A stretch of 64,000 nt of DNA from Bacteroidales bacterium (GTDB lineage: Bacteria > Bacteroidota > Bacteroidia > Bacteroidales > UBA932): positions 9,473 through 73,472 of the forward strand of contig JAFVCK010000058.1 of the NCBI GenBank assembly GCA_017479265.1, in the 5' to 3' direction. The notes beneath the pieces are model-generated. The model was not told the DNA's origin. It saw only the letters and a list, made by a program, of their open reading frames with translations, and made no database searches. Position 1 is the stretch's first letter. Each line of letters opens with the position of its first letter. The position numbers were made by a program, and so were the translations under genes. Shown one piece after another: positions 36,570 through 46,615 of the stretch.

Positions 36570-38710
36570 TGCCTATATCCGACAAGTTCCCGCTGGGTTT
36601 CGGTGAGCTCGGCCGGGTCATATACGAACTCGAATTCGTCTATGAGCAGCACGCTGCCTACACCTCCGGTGAAATAGTCTCCGTAACGGCTTGCCGCACA
36701 GGCGATTTCAATCATCTTAGGTGTTTCGTTCCTGCGATACTGAATAGGAATGATGAACTCGACGTAACCGGAATCCGTATTGCTGGAGAACAGCGAGCCG
36801 GATGCGATTATGCTCTCATCGTCATCTTCCAGGAACTTCTTCTGGGAAGTGTTGACGGTGAACTGTGAAGTCCAGTCTGTCAGCCAGATACGGATGGAAC
36901 AGTTGTCGGTCTGTCCCTTGAGGTCGGAGTAAGGGGACTGGGCCTTGTCTATGGTCTTGGGGGCGTATTTGTAGTGGCCCTTCAGGGCTATAGGCCTTCC
37001 CGTGAAAGGAACACCCCAGTCGAGGATAGCTCCCAGTCCGGAGACCTTGTTGAACTGTCCGAGGTAGATGTTACCTGCAGCGAACTGGCCGAATGCCGTG
37101 GAACTCTGGAGCCTTGCAGCCTTGCCGCTGACCACGTCGCTCTCTTCGGGAGTTGTAGGAACAACGCCGAGGCTTGCGGTACCGGGGTTGGCGGAATCCC
37201 AAACGCTGTAGCCTTCCGCATTGGGCATCCAGGCGCTTCCGCTCTGATACCAGCTGTCGAAGCTGAGGTTGTGGATGGTAGGAGCGGCGTCGGTGGTGAA
37301 GCTGATTTCCTTGGTATCCTTGTCCTTGGTGGAGACAGCGCGCATTACATACTCGGTCTCAGGTGCGAGAGAGTAGATTTCGGCGCTGTAGCGTTTGGCT
37401 GAATCGTCAAAGGTGATATCACCGGTGAAGTCGGTCCAAATGCTCTCGGAAGCCTTGCGGTACTGGAATCCAAGTCCGTCGGGACGGGTGGAGGCGAACC
37501 ACTTGGCCTTTACGATTGCGAACTGTGCGTAGGAGACTACGGACACAGCCTCTGCATCGACAGGGGATATGACGCTGATGTTGAATGTCTTCTGGTCGGC
37601 ATGGTCCTTTGCATCCACTACGGTGGTAGTGAAGCTGTAATTGCCTATTTCAAGACCTGCTACAAGTGTGGAGAATTCCAGGGTAGCGGTGGTCTCGCCG
37701 AAGCTGACGGCATCGGTCTGGATTCCTGCAGCAGCGAGGGCCTCGATGTCGGCTGCGCTTGCATCCATGAGTTCAGTGGAAGCAGGCAGTCCGGCTGCGG
37801 TGAGGGCTGCATCGGAGTGGCTGACAATAAGGCTCTTGATGCCCTTTCCGGCTGTGAAATAGAGGTTCATGGGAGTGGCGCTGCCCTTTGGTACGGATAT
37901 CTCGTTGGTTATCTCGAAGTCGGCGGTGGTGAAGGGCAGTCCTTCATTGTCGAAGTCGAGGGTGAGGGGATACATGGACTCGTTCATGCTGTCATCCACC
38001 TTGATTCTCAGATACAGTCCGCCCACTGCTTCGGGGGCTTCCTCTACCTTGAATGTAAGGTGGTAGTGCTGACGGGCTTCAACTCCGGAGAGCGTGCCTC
38101 TTGTAGTGTATTCCACTCCGTCGGTGTTGGTCAGGTTGAGAGTCCAGCGGAGGCTGCCGGTGGCTGCGAAATACGCGGTCTTGCCAAGGTTGTTGACAGT
38201 TGCGGACTTGTGGAATATCAGTGCGTTGAGATTGTCGTTTGCGATGGATACGCTGTATTCGGGGAAGTACAGGTCGGTGTCCTCGGCGAACTCCACCGTC
38301 ACCATGGTATTAGCCAGGCGGCAGGTGATGTCGGCGACATTCTCCTTGTCGGGCTTGATTGTAATGTCGGTGGAACCCTCATAGTAGGGAGCGTCCCAGG
38401 CGGCATCGGCGGGAGTGCCGCAGAAAGCGGTCACGGTGTAATCGCCGCTGGCCAGCTTCAGAGGCTCCTCCGTCAGGGACCTGTAGTCCTCGACCAAGGT
38501 CTCCATTCCTGTCTTCTTGGAAACTACTCTCAGCGAGAACACTTCGTCGGCCGCAGGCTCCTGCGCAGCCTTGACGACGAGTTCGCTGGAAGTGTCGGTC
38601 CCAAGCGAGACAGCCAGGTAGCCCCAACCGTCGGACAGTTCCCTGCGCGAACAGGCAACCGTAGCCAAAGCGGCCAGAGCAAGAACCTGAACTTTATGTA
38701 AGCTTCTCAT
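36566..38710 (-). CDS. DUF4493 + Fn3 + PCMD lipoprotein
   Basis: Lipobox TVAC; L.SGDYTVTA, AAWDAPYYEGS, CRLANTMVTV; C-terminal PCMD domain. Confidence 0.85.
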   Translation of the reverse strand: MRSLHKVQVLALAALATVACSRRELSDGWGYLAVSLGTDTSSELVVKAAQEPAADEVFSLRVVSKKTGMETLVEDYRSLTEEPLKLASGDYTVTAFCGTPADAAWDAPYYEGSTDITIKPDKENVADITCRLANTMVTVEFAEDTDLYFPEYSVSIANDNLNALIFHKSATVNNLGKTAYFAATGSLRWTLNLTNTDGVEYTTRGTLSGVEARQHYHLTFKVEEAPEAVGGLYLRIKVDDSMNESMYPLTLDFDNEGLPFTTADFEITNEISVPKGSATPMNLYFTAGKGIKSLIVSHSDAALTAAGLPASTELMDASAADIEALAAAGIQTDAVSFGETTATLEFSTLVAGLEIGNYSFTTTVVDAKDHADQKTFNISVISPVDAEAVSVVSYAQFAIVKAKWFASTRPDGLGFQYRKASESIWTDFTGDITFDDSAKRYSAEIYSLAPETEYVMRAVSTKDKDTKEISFTTDAAPTIHNLSFDSWYQSGSAWMPNAEGYSVWDSANPGTASLGVVPTTPEESDVVSGKAARLQSSTAFGQFAAGNIYLGQFNKVSGLGAILDWGVPFTGRPIALKGHYKYAPKTIDKAQSPYSDLKGQTDNCSIRIWLTDWTSQFTVNTSQKKFLEDDDESIIASGSLFSSNTDSGYVEFIIPIQYRRNETPKMIEIACAASRYGDYFTGGVGSVLLIDEFEFVYDPAELTETQRELVGYRQ

Positions 38711-38712
38711 AA

Positions 38713-40008
38713 CTATTCAGATACAAAGGTTAATGCTTTGACCAGGCTCTGTCCGGCCTCGTCGGTAACTGTAAGTGTGAAAATGTGCTCTGCTCCGGAC
38801 TCGGGCTGATACAGGCTGATCATGGGAACGAGTGCGGAAAGCGAGAACAGAACCTCTGTCTGGCCCTTGAGCGCGTCGCCGGTAGGAATGCCAAGACCCA
38901 TCGAGTCGAGGGACTCTATCATGGTAGCGTCGTTGATGAGGTCCATATCATATTCGCTGACCTCGGAATCAGCTGCGCCGCCGAGAACTGCAATGACAGG
39001 TGCAAGTTCCATGGAATTGACGTTCACCACGAAGCCTGCAATCTTCTCGGGAGCATTGATGAGGATGTTGACATCCATGCCATCGGCGATGGTCGTAGGA
39101 GCGAAGGTAGGATTGGCTTCCCAGGTCATGGTAGGAGCGGTAGAAGAAACAGGGTCTTCGGACTCCTCGACGGGTGAGGGGTCATCTGATTCGTCATCGC
39201 CTTCGTTTCCGCCGTCAACGGGAACCTCGTCAAAACCGGGAATATCCACGTTCTGGTCCTTGTCGTTTACGGTATCGTCGATTACGAGTACCACGCCGCC
39301 GTTCTCACCTCCGAGCTGGCCGGTTACACGGGCATCGAGGTTGATGATATGGTGGTCCTTGGCCGCTACGTTGCGGATGACCATGGTCGCGTGGGTCTCG
39401 GAATTGTCCACGTTCCTGTATGCATCCACCTTTACGAGGAGGGTAGCTACGGTGAAGTATCCGGGAGTGTTTGCATCAACTGCGTCCTTGTCCCATACGA
39501 GGGTGCGGGACTCTGCATCTTCAGCAGTCCAGGAGGCAGCGTTGGTGATGGTCACCGTATAAGCGGAAAGCTCATTGCGGAAGTTGTCCGAGGTCTCGAA
39601 GGTGACCATCATGTTGGTGAGAGAGCAGGTGAGGGACACGGGGGTCAGTTCTCCTGTCTTGATGGTGAAATCGGCAGTGCCGTAGTAAATGGGCTGGTCG
39701 AATGCGGCATCCTCCTTGGAAGGGGATTCCGCTACGATGGTGTAGTCGCCGCTGCCGAGCTCAAGTACCTGGGGCATATCGCCGAAACGGACGAATTCTT
39801 TGGTCCAGCCGTCTGCGGGGCGGGTAATGGTGATGGTGAAGTTGTTTATCTCATCGTTGGCCTTGGTGATGTAACGGCCGTCGGATGCCACCTTGAGACT
39901 CAGTCCGCCTTCACCGGGACCGAAATGCCCATCGGTGATGGCATCTCTCCTACAGCCTGAAAACAGTGCGCAGGCTGCCATAAGGGTCAATATAATAGTG
40001 CGTTTCAT
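38713..40008 (-). CDS. DUF4493 lipoprotein
   Basis: Lipobox FSGC; TKA, LGSGDYTIVA, AAFDQPIYYG, CSLTNMMVT; acidic Pro-rich linker. Confidence 0.8.
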   Translation of the reverse strand: MKRTIILTLMAACALFSGCRRDAITDGHFGPGEGGLSLKVASDGRYITKANDEINNFTITITRPADGWTKEFVRFGDMPQVLELGSGDYTIVAESPSKEDAAFDQPIYYGTADFTIKTGELTPVSLTCSLTNMMVTFETSDNFRNELSAYTVTITNAASWTAEDAESRTLVWDKDAVDANTPGYFTVATLLVKVDAYRNVDNSETHATMVIRNVAAKDHHIINLDARVTGQLGGENGGVVLVIDDTVNDKDQNVDIPGFDEVPVDGGNEGDDESDDPSPVEESEDPVSSTAPTMTWEANPTFAPTTIADGMDVNILINAPEKIAGFVVNVNSMELAPVIAVLGGAADSEVSEYDMDLINDATMIESLDSMGLGIPTGDALKGQTEVLFSLSALVPMISLYQPESGAEHIFTLTVTDEAGQSLVKALTFVSE

Positions 40009-40014
40009 TGTATG

Positions 40015-42237
40015 CTACTGGTATTTAAGTTCGATGTTGTCTAAGTACAGAATGTTTCCTGCGTGGACTTTGTGGCTGCCGCTGAGGGTGGTGAATGTCA
40101 CCGAGCGGTGGCCGTTGTCGGAGCCGTTGGAAGAGGAACGGAATTCCATCTTGATTTTTGCGGCCTTCTTGTTGGTCACGCTGTAATTTATAGGAATGGA
40201 TACCTTGGTCCAACTGTTGACGGAGGAGCTTACGTCGTTCTTCTCGGCGGAGCCGATTACATTGCCGGAGGCATCCAGTATGGACACGGTAACGTAGTAG
40301 GGCTTGCCGTTGCTGTTGAACTTGTGCATGAACTCAATGGCGGAAGGTCTTGATGTAAATGCGTGTCCTTCAGATGATTTAGCCCAGTCTCCTTCGTTCT
40401 TGTCGTTGGCTGTGCCAATGAATATCGCACCGTAATGGTAGTCGCCGTAAGCGACTTCGGAAGTTGCGTCACCTATGGCTATCGTAGCGACAGCTATGCT
40501 CTTGCCGCTGTATGCGCCGTCGGAAATAACGGAAACGGTAGGGAAGGACTTGTAGTCCTGATATGCCGTAGCGCAGCTGGAATTGAGGGTGACGGGGGAG
40601 TTGACGGCCCACCACCTGTCGCTTCCGTAGAGCTGCCACCAGGTGATGTTCCAGTCGTTCCACGACAATACTACATCGGTGGTGAAAGTCTGCGCGGTGT
40701 ACTCCTCGAAGCCGGAGTTGCCCACCTGTGCGGGGGCTTCGGTGCTGAGCGTAGTCAGGTCGCTGACGTTGTTCTCGTCGTCGTTGAATATCGTACGGAG
40801 CTTGTATGCCGTTCCGGCCGTCAGGGAGGCAAGGTCGGCGAAGGTAATCTTCTTGCCGTTTACCGCGGTATGTCCTACCGTGATCCATGAAGTGCCGTCC
40901 GCGCTGTACTGCAGCTTGATGTTGGCATCTGCGGAAAGGTTGTCAACGTTGGTGAGCGTTGCCACTGGAGACACCATCTTCCAGCCCCAGATATTGTAGT
41001 CTTCTACGCTTATGGTTGCGTTCACGGGTGTGCCGGTGACGGTGACTGTGGCTGTAGCCGTCTTGTCATACTTGTCGGACACGGTCACGGTGAACTTGGC
41101 CACCTGGGGATTCGCAAGGGTGGAATAAAGGCTGAGTGCCCGGAGAGCGTCGGAGAAGTCCAAGAGTCCGTATGTAGCATCGGTAAGGGCCACCCAGGTG
41201 ATGCCGGCAGTAGCAAATTTATTGGAAACACTGTTGCCTGCGCCTATGACATTGTCCACCTGTGCGGGCAGACCTGCAGTACCGGTAAGATACTCGGATT
41301 CCGTGGTGAGGGAAACGCTCTTAAGTCCGCCGTTGGCACGGAAGTTCAGGATGGCATCGTTGACAGGAGCACCCGGGCCTACGACTATGCTGTAGTCGAA
41401 ATCATTGCCTTCCGTGTCGCTGAAAGTGAATTCGGGAGTCGTGGAAGGGAGTGCCGACGAAGGAATGGTGATGCTCTCTTCGAATTCTTCAACCTCACGG
41501 TCAACCAAAATGTTGACTACAAGGTCTCCGAAACGCTCTCCCGCCTCGATGTTGAATGTAACGAAGTCTCCTGCCTCATACTGGACGGGGTCTGTCTTGT
41601 AGTAGCCCATTCCGCCAGCATCGGCACCTCTGTCGGCATAAACCTCGAGGTAGAGTTCGCCTGCGGGAATGAATCCGGGGCGGGTCTCGTTCTTTGCGAA
41701 CTTGACCTGCTTGGAGCTGTAACGGCTATGGCGCACTACGGCGTAATAGTTCGAATAGGAATCCTCCAGAACGGGGCCGTACTTGACGGCGAGCTTTACG
41801 TTGGAGAGTTTAGCGGTAGCCGACACATGGTCGGGCTCTTTGTCGTTCTCGATGTAGCCATGAACTGTAAAGTTCTGGTCTGCAAGAAAATAAGCTTTGC
41901 CGAAACCTGCTCCAAGAGTGTCTCCGTGATGCGCCACAAGGCGGTATTCGCCGGAATTGAGCAGAATTGTTTCGGACTTCGCTTCAGAATAAGGCTTGCG
42001 ATACAGCCTTATGGCGGAGGAATTGTAAATCTCCACCTCGAAGTCGTCAAGTGACGGCAATTCGTCTGCCTCCAAATGGCCTTCGGCTTTGGTCTGTGCC
42101 GTTGCATCCTGGGAAAGACAAATCACTACCGCTCCCTTTGCAGGGGAGGTGTCGGTATCAACGGTTTTGTCTCTCTGGCACGATGCAAAGACAAGCGCCG
42201 CCAAGGCAAGTGGGGCCAATCTTGTCAAATACTTCAT
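40015..42237 (-). CDS. DUF4493 + Fn3 + divergent PCMD lipoprotein
   Basis: Lipobox FASC; TKA, LNSGEYRLVA, AGFGKAYF; NSGFEEY, GHAFTSRPSA, GNILYLDNIELKY. Confidence 0.8.
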   Translation of the reverse strand: MKYLTRLAPLALAALVFASCQRDKTVDTDTSPAKGAVVICLSQDATAQTKAEGHLEADELPSLDDFEVEIYNSSAIRLYRKPYSEAKSETILLNSGEYRLVAHHGDTLGAGFGKAYFLADQNFTVHGYIENDKEPDHVSATAKLSNVKLAVKYGPVLEDSYSNYYAVVRHSRYSSKQVKFAKNETRPGFIPAGELYLEVYADRGADAGGMGYYKTDPVQYEAGDFVTFNIEAGERFGDLVVNILVDREVEEFEESITIPSSALPSTTPEFTFSDTEGNDFDYSIVVGPGAPVNDAILNFRANGGLKSVSLTTESEYLTGTAGLPAQVDNVIGAGNSVSNKFATAGITWVALTDATYGLLDFSDALRALSLYSTLANPQVAKFTVTVSDKYDKTATATVTVTGTPVNATISVEDYNIWGWKMVSPVATLTNVDNLSADANIKLQYSADGTSWITVGHTAVNGKKITFADLASLTAGTAYKLRTIFNDDENNVSDLTTLSTEAPAQVGNSGFEEYTAQTFTTDVVLSWNDWNITWWQLYGSDRWWAVNSPVTLNSSCATAYQDYKSFPTVSVISDGAYSGKSIAVATIAIGDATSEVAYGDYHYGAIFIGTANDKNEGDWAKSSEGHAFTSRPSAIEFMHKFNSNGKPYYVTVSILDASGNVIGSAEKNDVSSSVNSWTKVSIPINYSVTNKKAAKIKMEFRSSSNGSDNGHRSVTFTTLSGSHKVHAGNILYLDNIELKYQ

Positions 42238-42279
42238 AATTTGATTTGCTGCCTAAGTTTAATATAATTTGTTAATTGA

Positions 42280-43953
42280 TTATTTCTTATCGTCGCCTTT
42301 GGCGTTCTTGTAGAGGAAACGGCGTATCTTATGGGTGGCCGTTTTCTCGAAGGGGTCCTTCATCACCTCTACGTCGTTGACCTTGGACTGCTTGCTGACA
42401 TGCTTGTTCACGAAGTCGAGCACGGCCTTGCGCTTGGACTCAAGGATATCGAAGAACTTGTCCTCGCCCTCCTGGTTCCAGTCCAGGATGTCGTCCCCGA
42501 ACTTCACAAGGGCAATCAACTTGCCGTCCCGCTCTATGATGAGGGACTCGTCCACGCCTTCCATGTCGTTTATGACCATTTCAATTTCCTCGGGGTAGAT
42601 ATTCTCTCCGGAAGGTCCAAGGATGGTATTGTTGAGCCTCCCCTTGATATAATAGTACCCGTCCTTGTCCATGGTGGCCACGTCGTTGGTGTGGAACCAG
42701 CCCTCGTCGTCGAGTACCGTACGCGTGCGTGCGGGATCCTTATAGTATCCTATCATCACGTTGTCTCCCCGGCATACGATTTCGCCTTCGCCAGTCTCGG
42801 GACTCTGGTTGTCCAGCTTGATATCAACGCCCCAGGAGGCCACTCCTATGGAACCGACCCTCTTCTTCTTGGTCACTATGACGTTACACACGAGAGGGGA
42901 GGTCTCCGTAAGTCCGTATCCAACGGCGTAAGGGAACTTGCAGTCCTTGAGGAACTGCTCCACCGCACCGTCCATCTTCGCGCCGCCGACTCCGAAGAAG
43001 CGCAGTTTCCCTCCGAAAATCTTCTTGAGGCGGGTGCCGATGAAAAAGTGCAGCAGCCATGCCATGTGCTTTTCCATCCAGCTCAGCACGCGGCTCTTGC
43101 GTATGGTAGGGAACACGCTGTTCTTGATGACCTTCTCTATCACCAGAGGAACGCTGAGCATTATGGTAGGCTTGACCTGCTTCATTGCGGGAAGCAGCAC
43201 GGCGGGGGCCGCAGGCTTCTGCAGGAAATACACGCAGGCACCCACATAGAAGGAGTACAGCGATGAAACTCCCATTTCGTAGGTATGCGCTATGGGCAGT
43301 ATGGACAGGAAACGGTCTTTCTTGAAGCAGGGCTGGGCCTTGAAGGAGGCTCCCAGGTTGTGGCAGATGTTCCTGTGGCTGAGCATCACTCCCTTGGCGT
43401 TGCCCGTTGTGCCCGAAGTGTAGATGATGAAGGCCAGTTCGTCGGGCTGGGGCTCCTTCACCCAGCCGTCGCAGCGGAAGTCCTCCTCGTCCTTCTTTAT
43501 GAACTCGAAGGTCTCTATGTCTATTACGAGGGTCATCTTGTCCCAGCACTCCCGGCTCAGTTTGGAACGCATTTTCTTGGAAATGAAAATGGCCTTGGTC
43601 TCGGAGTGGGTGAGTATGTTGGTGACCTCATGCTCGGAACTGTCGGGAAGAATGGGTACGCAGACCCTGCCGAAAGCCGTTATGCCGAATATCGCTATCA
43701 GGTAGTTGGGCATGTTCTGCGACAGGATTGCCACCTTGTCTCCGGCACCTATCCCGAATCGGGACATTCGAACGGAGAGGTTGTCTGTCTTCTCCTTGAA
43801 TTCCTTGTAGGTATATTCCTGGCCGCCATCCACGAACTGGGTCGCCATGCGGTAGGGGAACTTGGTCGTTGACCATTCAAGTACCCTCAGAAGGGTGTTG
43901 CAATGCTGTTCCCTGTAGGAATCCTTCTTCTTGTATGGTGTTTTCTTGCTCAT
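42280..43953 (-). CDS. Long-chain acyl-CoA synthetase (AMP-binding)
   Basis: IIYTSGTTGNAKGVMLSH, GYGLTETSP, GWFHTND, GENIYPEEIE. Confidence 0.93.
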   Translation of the reverse strand: MSKKTPYKKKDSYREQHCNTLLRVLEWSTTKFPYRMATQFVDGGQEYTYKEFKEKTDNLSVRMSRFGIGAGDKVAILSQNMPNYLIAIFGITAFGRVCVPILPDSSEHEVTNILTHSETKAIFISKKMRSKLSRECWDKMTLVIDIETFEFIKKDEEDFRCDGWVKEPQPDELAFIIYTSGTTGNAKGVMLSHRNICHNLGASFKAQPCFKKDRFLSILPIAHTYEMGVSSLYSFYVGACVYFLQKPAAPAVLLPAMKQVKPTIMLSVPLVIEKVIKNSVFPTIRKSRVLSWMEKHMAWLLHFFIGTRLKKIFGGKLRFFGVGGAKMDGAVEQFLKDCKFPYAVGYGLTETSPLVCNVIVTKKKRVGSIGVASWGVDIKLDNQSPETGEGEIVCRGDNVMIGYYKDPARTRTVLDDEGWFHTNDVATMDKDGYYYIKGRLNNTILGPSGENIYPEEIEMVINDMEGVDESLIIERDGKLIALVKFGDDILDWNQEGEDKFFDILESKRKAVLDFVNKHVSKQSKVNDVEVMKDPFEKTATHKIRRFLYKNAKGDDKK

Positions 43954-43954
43954 T

Positions 43955-44539
43955 TCAGTGGGTTACGTAGCCGCCTTTGTTTTTACCTTGGAGCCCGAGG
44001 GTCTCATAGTAGGCTTGGATGCGGTCCATGTCCGCCCTTGCGTTGTCCGAAATCTCGAACTTGCGGCCTACGGTGATTTCCTTGCGCCCCCAGTCATAAT
44101 AGCCGACGAACACTTCTGCGCCCGTCTCTCTTGCAATAAGATGGAAACCCGTTTTCCACTTCTTCACCGCTTTTCTGGTGCCCTCGGGGGCTATTGCGAG
44201 GTGGAATTCGTCACAGCCCTGCATCGCGGCAATCAAGCTGCGCATGGTAGCGGTAGGGCTCTGACGGTCGACCGGCACGGCGCCGCATGCCCTCAGGATG
44301 GGGCCGACGGGCCAGAAGAAAAACTCCTTCTTGACCATGATGTGGGCGACTTTGCCGTATTGTGCATAGAACAGATAGCAGATGAGGAAGTCCCATATAG
44401 ATGTATGCGGTACTCCGAGCACTATGCCTTTCTTGACCGGCATAGGTCCGCCCACGCTGGTCCAGCCGAGCTTTCGGAGCAGCCATCCGCAGAAGGAGGA
44501 CCATCGTTTTCCGTATGAGTCTTTTGTCTTTTTTGCCAT
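43955..44539 (-). CDS. 1-acyl-sn-glycerol-3-phosphate acyltransferase-like protein
   Basis: PHTSIWD (HX4D), APEGTR, WKTGF. Confidence 0.9.
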   Translation of the reverse strand: MAKKTKDSYGKRWSSFCGWLLRKLGWTSVGGPMPVKKGIVLGVPHTSIWDFLICYLFYAQYGKVAHIMVKKEFFFWPVGPILRACGAVPVDRQSPTATMRSLIAAMQGCDEFHLAIAPEGTRKAVKKWKTGFHLIARETGAEVFVGYYDWGRKEITVGRKFEISDNARADMDRIQAYYETLGLQGKNKGGYVTH

Positions 44540-44543
44540 AGTG

Positions 44544-46478
44544 TCAAATGTTTACATCCTCCAGTTCCTCCTCGCTGCGGAGATTCCTGCGGATGAATTT
44601 CTGTCTTTCCATGGTGTTGTCTCCCATGTAGAATTCCATCAGTTCGGAGGGAGACTCCTCGTCGCTGAGCTTGACTATGTCCAGCCTCATGTTCTCGCCG
44701 ATGAAGTCCACGAATTCCTCCGGGTCTATCTCTCCGAGACCCTTGAAACGGGTGATTTCCACGCCGCTCTTCATCTCCGCCGCGGCCTCTTCCTTTTCTT
44801 CTATGGAATAGCAGTAGCGGGTCTCCTTCTTGTTCCTTACGCGGAACAGGGGAGTCTGGAGTATGTGGACGTGGCCCCGCCTTATAAGGTCGGGATAGTA
44901 CTTCATGAGGAAGGTCAGCACCAGCATCCTGATGTGCATTCCGTCGTCATCGGCATCGGTGGCGACGATTATGTTGTTGTAGCGGAGGTCCTCAAGGTCG
45001 TTCTCCACGCCCAGGGCGGAAATCAAGAGGTTGAGCTCCTCGTTCTCGGCCACTTTGCGGCGGCTCTCCTTGTAGCAGTTGATAGGCTTGCCCCTGAGGC
45101 TGAAAACGGCCTGGTAGTTGGCTGCCCTCACCTTGGTGATTGTTCCGCTTGCGGAATCTCCCTCGGTGATGAATATGCTGGACATCTCCTTGAACGCCTC
45201 CTTGTCCTTGGCCACCTTGTCGTTGAAATGGTAGCGGCAGTCGCGGAGCTTGCGGTTATATACATTGGCCTTCTTGTTGCGCTCGCGGGTCTTCTTCTGT
45301 ATGCCGGAAATCTCCTCGCGCTCCTTCTGGGAGGCCTTTATCTTCTCCTCAATGACGGGCACTATGTCCGTGTGCTTGTGGAGATAGTTGTTCAAGTGCT
45401 TGGCTATGAAGTCGTTGACGAAGGTCCTGATGGTAGGGCCCCTGTCGATGGCGTTGGACCCGTCGGGATTCTTCACCTGCTTGCCGGAGGCATCGTGCAG
45501 GAACTTCTCCCACATGTAGGTGGAGCCGAGCTTGGTCTTGGTCTGGCCCTCGAAATTGGGCTCCTGTATCTGTATGCTTATGGCTCCGACGACTCCTTGG
45601 CGGCAGTCGGCAGGGTCGTAGTTCTTCTTGTAGAACTCCTTGAGGGTCTTGGCTATGGCCTCGCGGAAAGCGGCGAGGTGGGTGCCTCCGTCGCGGGTGT
45701 TCTGGCCGTTGACGAAGGAGGAAATGTTCTCTCCGTAGGAATTGCCGTGGGTGATTACGACCTCTATGTCTTCGTCCTCCAGATGTATGGGGGAATAGAG
45801 GGGAGTCTCGGAAAGATTCTCGTTCACCAGGTCCAGAAGGCCGTTCTCGGACTTGTAGGTAACGCCGTTCAGCACCAGCGTGAGACCTTTCTTGAGATAG
45901 GAATAGTTCTTGACCATGGTCTCGACATACTCCATGTTGAAAGCGAACTTGCCGAACATGTCGCCATCGGGAGTGAAACGGGTGAATGTGCCGTTCTTCT
46001 GGCCCGTGCCCTCGCGCCTTCCGCTGCCTGTGAGCTCGCCCCTGTTGTACTCCGCCCAGGAACTCTGCCCGTCGCGGAATGACTCCACGTAGAAATCGGA
46101 TGACAGGGCGTTGACGGCCTTGGTGCCCACTCCGTTTAGTCCTACGGACTTCTTGAAGGCAGCGTCGTCGAACTTGCCGCCGGTGTTGAGCTTGCTGGTA
46201 GCCTTGACCACGGAATCAAGGGGAATGCCCCTGCCGAAGTCGCGCACGGACACCGTGCCTTCTTCGACGGTTATCTGTATCTGCTTGCCGAAACCCGCCG
46301 AGAACTCGTCGATGGAATTGTCCACAATCTCCTTCAGCAGGACATAGATTCCGTCACCGGGGTTGTTGCCGTTTCCAAGACGGCCTATATACATGCCGGG
46401 ACGCAATCTTATGTGCTCCACGCCTTCCAGGGTGCGGATATTGTCATCTGTATAGTTCAATTTTTCGAGTTCAGCCAT
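44544..46478 (-). CDS. parE: DNA topoisomerase IV subunit B
   Basis: HIRLRPGMYIG, EIVDNSIDE, DFGRGIP, GLNGVG, TEGDSASG, TDADDDGMHI, RFKGLGEI; Bacteroidetes ParE type. Confidence 0.92.
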   Translation of the reverse strand: MAELEKLNYTDDNIRTLEGVEHIRLRPGMYIGRLGNGNNPGDGIYVLLKEIVDNSIDEFSAGFGKQIQITVEEGTVSVRDFGRGIPLDSVVKATSKLNTGGKFDDAAFKKSVGLNGVGTKAVNALSSDFYVESFRDGQSSWAEYNRGELTGSGRREGTGQKNGTFTRFTPDGDMFGKFAFNMEYVETMVKNYSYLKKGLTLVLNGVTYKSENGLLDLVNENLSETPLYSPIHLEDEDIEVVITHGNSYGENISSFVNGQNTRDGGTHLAAFREAIAKTLKEFYKKNYDPADCRQGVVGAISIQIQEPNFEGQTKTKLGSTYMWEKFLHDASGKQVKNPDGSNAIDRGPTIRTFVNDFIAKHLNNYLHKHTDIVPVIEEKIKASQKEREEISGIQKKTRERNKKANVYNRKLRDCRYHFNDKVAKDKEAFKEMSSIFITEGDSASGTITKVRAANYQAVFSLRGKPINCYKESRRKVAENEELNLLISALGVENDLEDLRYNNIIVATDADDDGMHIRMLVLTFLMKYYPDLIRRGHVHILQTPLFRVRNKKETRYCYSIEEKEEAAAEMKSGVEITRFKGLGEIDPEEFVDFIGENMRLDIVKLSDEESPSELMEFYMGDNTMERQKFIRRNLRSEEELEDVNI

Positions 46479-46615
46479 AATCATTTTTCGTCACAGCTTG
46501 CAAATTTACAAAAATTTTGATTAATTTCGCACGTTTTCCGCAAGGAATGCCCACAAGTGGTAAATTTGCCTCTCTTGTGGTGAAACAGAAAATGTCAAAG
46601 TAAATGATAGAAATT

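Noticed and set aside
34219-42237. Diversity-generating retroelement or invertible shufflon acting on the repeated PCMD domains
   Set aside because: No reverse transcriptase or recombinase, differences are not adenine-specific, and the copies are in direct orientation
44382-46082. 566-aa plus-strand ORF, and similar long antisense ORFs at 15028-16050, 23803-24852, 37601-38701, 42331-43266 and 58716-59948
   Set aside because: Shadow frames opposite well-recognised genes; strong GC3 codon bias removes antisense stops; no motifs
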